From contig CAVVYR010000029.1 of the NCBI GenBank assembly GCA_963752475.1, positions 160,001 to 224,000 on the forward strand: DNA of 64,000 nt, written 5' to 3'. Shown piece by piece: positions 59,081 through 64,000 of the stretch. A model generated the notes under the pieces. It worked only from the letters and a program-made list of their open reading frames with translations, was not told the DNA's origin and did no database searches. The stretch is from an uncultured Chloroflexia bacterium (GTDB lineage Bacteria; Chloroflexota; Limnocylindria; Limnocylindrales; CSP1-4). The position numbers and the translations under genes are program-made. How positions within the stretch are numbered: the first letter of the stretch is position 1; every line of letters starts with the position of its first letter.

Positions 59081-60333
59081 GCGAGCAGAACGGTTCGAGC
59101 TACGGCCGCCTGGCCGCCCTCGTCGCCCGCCGAGAGTACTCACGCACCGTGCGCCGGCGTGGGTACCTCTTCGGCACGCTGCTGCTGCCCCTCGGCATCG
59201 CTGTGCTCATGGGCATCTCGATCTTCTTCTCCACGTCGGGCTTCGAGTCCGACGGTGCGGCCAGCGGCACCATCGTAGTGGTCAACCAGTCGGACGTGAC
59301 CATCGAGCCCTTCGAGACCGACACAGCCTCGCTGCGCACGATGACCGAGGCCGAGGCCGCGGCTCAGCTCGATGCCGGCGAGATCGAGACGTACTTCGTG
59401 ATCCCCGAGACGTTCAGCCAGGACGGGACGGTCAGGCGCATCGAAGCCGGCGGCTTCGACATCTCCTCGCTCGAGGCTGGTGAGGCCAACGAGGGACTGC
59501 TGCGATACGTCATCCGAGCCTCGCAACTCGATGCCGCGGGCGTCTCGCCCGAGGACACCGCCACCATCCTGCAGGGTGTGACCATCGAGGTCGTGACGGT
59601 GGAGGGCGACGAGGTGTCCGGTGCCGACATCGCCGCCGGCATCGCGCTGCCCATGGTCTTCGTGGCCATCTTCATGATCAGCATCTTCATGACCAGCGGC
59701 TACCTGCTCCAGTCGGTGACCGAGGAGAAGGAGAACCGCGTCGTCGAGATCGTGCTCAGCTCGATCCCGGCCACGCCGCTGATGGCGGGCAAGATCCTGG
59801 GCCTCGGCGGTGCCGGGTTGACCCAGGTAGCCATCTGGGTCGGCTCCGCCCTCGTGGCGGTGCCCTTGCTCTCGAGCCAGGTCCCGGACCTCGGGCCCAT
59901 CGAGCTGGACCCCACGATGCTGGGGCTGGCGTTGCTCTACTTCGTGCTCGGCTATCTCGCGTACGGCGCCATCTTCGCGGCCGTCGGCGCCATCGCTCCG
60001 GGCAACCGCGAAGCACAGCAGTATTCGGGCTTCCTCGGCTTCGCCGCGGCCATCCCCTTCATCGTCTTCTCGGTCTTCCTGGCCGACATCAGCTCGCCGG
60101 TGGTCTACGCCCTCTGCCTCTTCCCGCTCACGACCCCGACCTCGATGCTCATCGTGCTGGGCGTGTCGGATGAGATCCCGTGGGCCCTGGTCGGAGCGTC
60201 GCTCACCAGCCTGACCCTGTTCGCGCTGCTCGCGACGTGGGCCTCCGCCCGCATCTTCCGTGCGACCGTGCTGCTGTACGGCGTGCGACCCACGCTGCAG
60301 CAACTCATCGGCGCCATCCGAACGCCGCGCTAG
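59077..60333 (+). CDS. ABC-2 exporter permease (NatB-like)
   Basis: SVTEEKENRVVEIVLSS, MAGKILG; six hydrophobic segments; ATGA overlap. Confidence 0.9.
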   Translation: MSEQNGSSYGRLAALVARREYSRTVRRRGYLFGTLLLPLGIAVLMGISIFFSTSGFESDGAASGTIVVVNQSDVTIEPFETDTASLRTMTEAEAAAQLDAGEIETYFVIPETFSQDGTVRRIEAGGFDISSLEAGEANEGLLRYVIRASQLDAAGVSPEDTATILQGVTIEVVTVEGDEVSGADIAAGIALPMVFVAIFMISIFMTSGYLLQSVTEEKENRVVEIVLSSIPATPLMAGKILGLGGAGLTQVAIWVGSALVAVPLLSSQVPDLGPIELDPTMLGLALLYFVLGYLAYGAIFAAVGAIAPGNREAQQYSGFLGFAAAIPFIVFSVFLADISSPVVYALCLFPLTTPTSMLIVLGVSDEIPWALVGASLTSLTLFALLATWASARIFRATVLLYGVRPTLQQLIGAIRTPR

Positions 60334-60390
60334 GGCCAGGAACCGCGCGATCTGCCGATCGGGTGATCCGACCGGCGCCGGACATGAGCA

Positions 60391-60447
60391 GACCCCGCGT
60401 CGCCGCGGGGTCCGACCCTGGATCAGACGCCCCGGCGATGCCGGGGC
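60391..60447. terminator. Two tandem GC-rich hairpins between convergent genes
   Basis: GACCCCGCG-TCGC-CGCGGGGTC and GCCCCGGC-GAT-GCCGGGGC. Confidence 0.55.
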
Positions 60448-60453
60448 TTGCCG

Positions 60454-60741
60454 TCACGCCGGCTTGATCTCGTTGAGCATCGCGCGGGCAGCATCCTTGT
60501 CCTGGAACCAGAGCGCATTGAGCTCGGTGTACTTGGCCTGATCGCCGGGCACGCTGTCCTCGGGGAAGATGGCCGCGGTCGGGCACTCGGGCTCACAGGC
60601 ACCGCAGTCGATGCACTCGTCCGGGTCGATGAAGAGGGTGCGGTCGACACCCTCCTCGAAATGGATGCAGTCCACGGGGCAGACGGCCACACAGGCCTGG
60701 TCCATCACGTCGACGCAGGGCTCGGCGATGACGTAGGTCAT
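60454..60741 (-). CDS. fdxA: Ferredoxin (FdxA, 7Fe/8Fe type)
   Basis: MTYVIAEPC...CVAVCPVDC...[12 protein letters not shown]. Confidence 0.93.
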   Translation of the reverse strand: MTYVIAEPCVDVMDQACVAVCPVDCIHFEEGVDRTLFIDPDECIDCGACEPECPTAAIFPEDSVPGDQAKYTELNALWFQDKDAARAMLNEIKPA

Positions 60742-60921
60742 TGACGCGCTCTCCTTCGCTCTAGATCCTCCGGGTCAGACCCGGGTTCGTGTCAGTACGT
60801 AGCGCGCTCATCGTACTCCGCGATTCCGCGAGTGTGTGTGCGATATGGACCGGTGCCGGGGTGCACTTCTTCCCGGAATCCGGGGCCGACCGGCGCGAGT
60901 CGCGAAAGGCTCGCGTGCAGG

Positions 60922-61455
60922 CTAGGCTTCCACGTCCGCTTCGAGCTCACGCAGGTCCACCCGACCGACCATGCCCTTCTCGATGTGCCCGGGGATATGG
61001 CACAGCAGTGAGAGCACCTCGTCTGTGGGCACGTTGTAGGTGACGGTCTCCTGCTGGCCGGAACGAAGGAAGACGCGCAGGCCGCCGATGCCGGGCGGCA
61101 CGCTCGCGGGCGGCGCGGTGGCCAGCATGTTGGGCGGTGTGGCTTCGGCGTCGGCGATGGACCAGGCTTGCTGCACCGCGGCGTCACCGATGACGAAGTC
61201 GTGGACCTCCAGCCCGGCGTTGAAGATGGTGAAGCGGACGGTCTCGCCGGGCACCAACACCACCGGCGTGGGCTCGAAGCTGTAGTCGCGCATGATCACG
61301 GTCACGTCTCGTGGCTCGGCGAACGTGCCGGCGGTCTCGATCTCCACATCCGGGGGCGCGGTCGGCCGGGTGGCGCCGATGAAGATGAGCACTGTGGCGA
61401 TGACGCCGAAGACGAGGACGACCACGACCGGCGCACGAGAGATGGGCTGCTGCAC
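60922..61455 (-). CDS. Membrane-anchored cupredoxin (type-1 copper) protein
   Basis: N-terminal hydrophobic anchor; VHDF and CHIPGHIEKGM ligand set. Confidence 0.88.
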   Translation of the reverse strand: MQQPISRAPVVVVLVFGVIATVLIFIGATRPTAPPDVEIETAGTFAEPRDVTVIMRDYSFEPTPVVLVPGETVRFTIFNAGLEVHDFVIGDAAVQQAWSIADAEATPPNMLATAPPASVPPGIGGLRVFLRSGQQETVTYNVPTDEVLSLLCHIPGHIEKGMVGRVDLRELEADVEA

Positions 61456-61516
61456 GCCCGCAGCCTAGCCGCTCTCCGCTGGATGGGTCGCAGGCCGAGC
61501 CCGCTATCGTGGGCGG

Positions 61517-61714
61517 ATGCCAGGTGATGACGAGCCCACCGCTGCCCTGACCTCACGCACGGCGGTCATCGCGACCTTGCTGCTCTTCGGCGCCATCGTG
61601 GTCTTCGTAACGCTGACGGCGCTGCTGCCGGAGGACGACCCGGACAGCACGGAGGCAGCAACGACACCGCCGGTCGTGACCGACACGATCATCGAAGGCG
61701 CACCGACGCCCTGA
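61517..61714 (+). CDS. Small single-pass membrane protein
   Basis: TATCGT 6 nt before the ATG; hydrophobic helix followed by an acidic Thr/Pro tail. Confidence 0.6.
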   Translation: MPGDDEPTAALTSRTAVIATLLLFGAIVVFVTLTALLPEDDPDSTEAATTPPVVTDTIIEGAPTP

Positions 61715-61743
61715 TCGACACTTGCGAGCTGGCCCTCATCCGA

Positions 61744-61938
61744 CTAGCAGCGGTGGGCGAACCAGCGCAGCGGCGCGACCTGGATCGAGTCGGATGTCGC
61801 CGCGAAGAGCTCGAGCCCGGTCACCACGACGAGCGCGGTCACCACGACGAGCGCGATGCCCAGCAGGATCACCGGCGTCAAGACAAGGGCGTTCAGCCGC
61901 TGGAAGAGGTTCGTGAGGTCGTCATTGGTGGTCCGCAT
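61744..61938 (-). CDS. Small membrane protein
   Basis: GGAAGG RBS-like site; one long hydrophobic run. Confidence 0.5.
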   Translation of the reverse strand: MRTTNDDLTNLFQRLNALVLTPVILLGIALVVVTALVVVTGLELFAATSDSIQVAPLRWFAHRC

Positions 61939-62074
61939 GGTCGCCTTCCCTGTGCTGCATCGATAGGTTTCGATGCCGGGAGGCTACGGATGGGCCCTTG
62001 CCCAGCCCTATGCGCCGACTTCACTGCGCCTTACGCGGATGTGGACGACTGCGCGACGGCACGCCAGACACACC

Positions 62075-62104
62075 GAAGGCGCCCTCCCGAGGGAAAGCGC
62101 CTTC
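62075..62104 (-). terminator. Stem-loop downstream of the zinc-ribbon gene
   Basis: GAAGGCGCTTTCCC-TC-GGGAGGGCGCCTTC on the minus strand (includes G-U pairs). Confidence 0.6.
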
Positions 62105-62145
62105 CTGGCGTTGCCTGTTCGCGGCTCAGCGGCCGCGACGCTCAC

Positions 62146-62529
62146 CTAGCGGCGAGAGCGGAAACAATCGTTGCAGTAGACCGGGCGGCTGCCAGTCGGC
62201 TGGAACGGCACCTGGGCCGTCTTGCCGCAGTCAGCGCAGACCGCGTCGTACATCTGGCGCGGGGGCCGGTCGTAGCCACCGCCACCACCGCCGCCGTAGC
62301 CGCCGCCGCCACCGCCGCCGCCGTAGCTGCTGCCGCCACCACCGCCGCCGTAGCTGTCATCACCGTAGCCGCTGCCAGCGTTGCGCTGGGCCTTGCGGGC
62401 TTGGCGGCAGGTCTTGCAACGCTTGGGCGAGTCGGTGAAGCCCTTCTCAGCGTAGAACGCCTGCTCGGATGCGGTGAAGGTGAACTCCTGCCCGCAATCG
62501 GCACAGACGATCGTCTTGTCCTCGTACAC
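62146..62529 (-). CDS. Double zinc-ribbon protein (zf-trcl-like + CxxC-x17-CxxC) with Gly/Tyr-rich linker
   Basis: DKTIVCADCG.EFTFTASEQAFY..KGF...PKRCKTCR; CADCG...VPFQP...PVYCNDCF; AGGAGG RBS. Confidence 0.9.
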   Translation of the reverse strand: MYEDKTIVCADCGQEFTFTASEQAFYAEKGFTDSPKRCKTCRQARKAQRNAGSGYGDDSYGGGGGGSSYGGGGGGGGYGGGGGGGYDRPPRQMYDAVCADCGKTAQVPFQPTGSRPVYCNDCFRSRR

Positions 62530-62690
62530 GAACGAACGAACCTCCTAGGTTCCTTTACTAGACCAGGACCGTTCGAGCGAGATACGGGACCACGAAGGAG
62601 CGTTCCTGAGTTACCGCCTCGGACTATAGCCTCCGCGACCCATGATTGCTAGGTGTCAGTCGCACCTGATGCGCACTTATCCACACACGC

Positions 62691-62882
62691 TCACATGTGT
62701 GGCTCGTAGTCGGGCGCGAGGATGCGCTCGGGCTCATCCTCGAAGTCCAGCTTGCAGCCCTTGGCGCAGAAGTAGTACGTCGTGCCCTCGTGCTCGGTCG
62801 TGTGCTGCGCGGTAGCGATCTCGACCTGCATCCCACAGACGGGGTCGATGGCGATGCCGGGAGGCGTGGCGTTCTCGTTCAT
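62691..62882 (-). CDS. YHS-domain protein
   Basis: DPVCGM...YYFCAKGCK..F..EPE. Confidence 0.9.
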   Translation of the reverse strand: MNENATPPGIAIDPVCGMQVEIATAQHTTEHEGTTYYFCAKGCKLDFEDEPERILAPDYEPHM

Positions 62883-62934
62883 GCCTGCAGTCTACGTCCG
62901 CCCACGCTTGACCCCTCACGCGTATCCTGCAGGC

Positions 62935-63675
62935 GTGAAAGATCGACCGAAGCCGACCCGTTCGGCACGCACCCCTGACGACCGCAAGCTGCTCATGCGG
63001 CAGCCCGTCGCGGACACCACCTTCCTCGAGTCGGATGCCTGGCGCGCGCTACGCATCATGGGCGAGTTCATCGACGGCTTCGACGCCCTCGCCCGGCTGG
63101 GCCCAGCCGTGAGCATCTTCGGCTCGGCCCGGACCAAGCCGGACGACCCCATGTACCAGCGCGCACGCGACCTCGCAGCGAAGCTGTCACACGAGGGCTT
63201 CACCGTCATCACCGGTGGTGGTCCCGGCATCATGGAAGCCGCCAACCGGGGCGCCAAGGAGGCCGATGGCGTCTCGGTCGGGCTGGCCATCGAGCTACCC
63301 CACGAGCACGGCCCCAACCCCTACGTCGACATCTCCCAGTACTTCCGCTACTTCTTCGTGCGCAAGACGATGTTCGTGAAGTACGCGCAGGCCTTCGTCA
63401 TCTTCCCCGGCGGCTTCGGCACCTTCGACGAGCTGTTCGAGTCGCTGACCCTGGTCCAGACCGGCAAGATCGACAACTTCCCCATCATCCTCTTCGGGTC
63501 GTCCTACTGGAGCGGGCTCGTGGAGTGGATCCGAGCGGAGGTCGTGCAACAGGGCAACGTCTCGGCGGGCGACGTCGAGCTCTTCCGGGTCTGCGACGAC
63601 ATCGATGAGATCGTGGCCCTCATCCGCGAGTCCTACCGCACGCGGGACGAGGGCGCCGGCGAGGACGTGGCCTAG
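62935..63675 (+). CDS. LOG family nucleotide phosphoribohydrolase (TIGR00730-like)
   Basis: FGSAR, TGGGPGIMEAANRGA, RKTMFVKY, PGGFGTFDE; TATCCT 6 nt before GTG 62935. Confidence 0.92.
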   Translation: MKDRPKPTRSARTPDDRKLLMRQPVADTTFLESDAWRALRIMGEFIDGFDALARLGPAVSIFGSARTKPDDPMYQRARDLAAKLSHEGFTVITGGGPGIMEAANRGAKEADGVSVGLAIELPHEHGPNPYVDISQYFRYFFVRKTMFVKYAQAFVIFPGGFGTFDELFESLTLVQTGKIDNFPIILFGSSYWSGLVEWIRAEVVQQGNVSAGDVELFRVCDDIDEIVALIRESYRTRDEGAGEDVA

Positions 63676-64000
63676 ATGCGTATCGCCGTGGGCACCGATC
63701 ACGCCGGTCTGCCGCTCAAGGAGATCGTCATGGCCTGGCTCGAGGAGCACGGCTACGACGTCGTGGACTTCGGCGTGAGCACGCTGGACCGGGTCGACTA
63801 CCCCGATTACGTGGCGCCGGCTGCGCGCGCGGTGGCCTCGGGCGACTGCCGCTTCGGCTTCGTCTTCGGCGGTAGCGGCACCGGCGAGCAGATCGTGGCC
63901 AACAAGATCAAGGGCATCCGCTGCTGCCAGGCGACCGAGCCCGTGACGGCCGCGCTCTCGCGCCAGCACAATGACGCCAACATCCTCTCGATGGGCGCGC
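63676..64000 (+). CDS. rpiB: Ribose-5-phosphate isomerase B (partial; runs off the window; absent from the ORF track)
   Basis: Manual translation: MRIAVGTDHAG...DYPDY...GGSGTGEQIVANKIKGIRC...SRQHNDANILSMGA. Confidence 0.93.
   Translation, partial: MRIAVGTDHAGLPLKEIVMAWLEEHGYDVVDFGVSTLDRVDYPDYVAPAARAVASGDCRFGFVFGGSGTGEQIVANKIKGIRCCQATEPVTAALSRQHNDANILSMGA

Noticed and set aside
62270-62372. (CCG/CCA)n-rich low-complexity tract
   Set aside because: It simply encodes the Gly-rich linker of the zinc-ribbon protein.

Overview
A very GC-rich, gene-dense bacterial chromosome segment of about 70 CDS. I recognised no rRNA, tRNA, CRISPR array, integrase or transposase. The gene content (F420-dependent enzyme families, a CxxC-x17-CxxC zinc-ribbon protein, many apparently leaderless genes) suggests Chloroflexota or Actinomycetota; this is inference only. 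Main blocks: (1) 9.1-15.6 kb, a compact bacterial microcompartment (BMC) operon of the sugar-phosphate-utilisation type. It encodes a SorC/DeoR regulator, RpiB, DeoC, an acylating aldehyde dehydrogenase, 1 BMC-H, 2 BMC-T and 3 BMC-P. All three enzymes carry encapsulation-peptide-like helices, DeoC has a 4-Cys insert, and RpiB has Asp where the catalytic Cys is expected. (2) 16.5-25.8 kb, arcCBA, an S9 peptidase, ppx and a P2A-like ATPase that has lost its canonical membrane carboxylates. (3) 26-39.6 kb, a polyphosphate/phosphate supercluster: ppk2, DUF971, ppk1, CYTH-CHAD, a histone-H1/AlgP-like basic protein, an 11-bp-period PHO-box array, pstSCAB-phoU, arsC, sixA and a soluble PhoR/PhoB-like pair. 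(4) gltX, upp, a PfkB kinase, an SDR and a repeat-rich spacer. (5) A pyrimidine-type ABC importer with a class III aminotransferase. (6) Flavin/F420 enzymes including an iodotyrosine-deiodinase homologue, plus ferredoxin, cupredoxin, LOG and a second rpiB. At least 16 genes have TANNNT 6-7 nt before the start codon, which I used to refine starts. All family calls come from motif recognition by eye, not from database searches.
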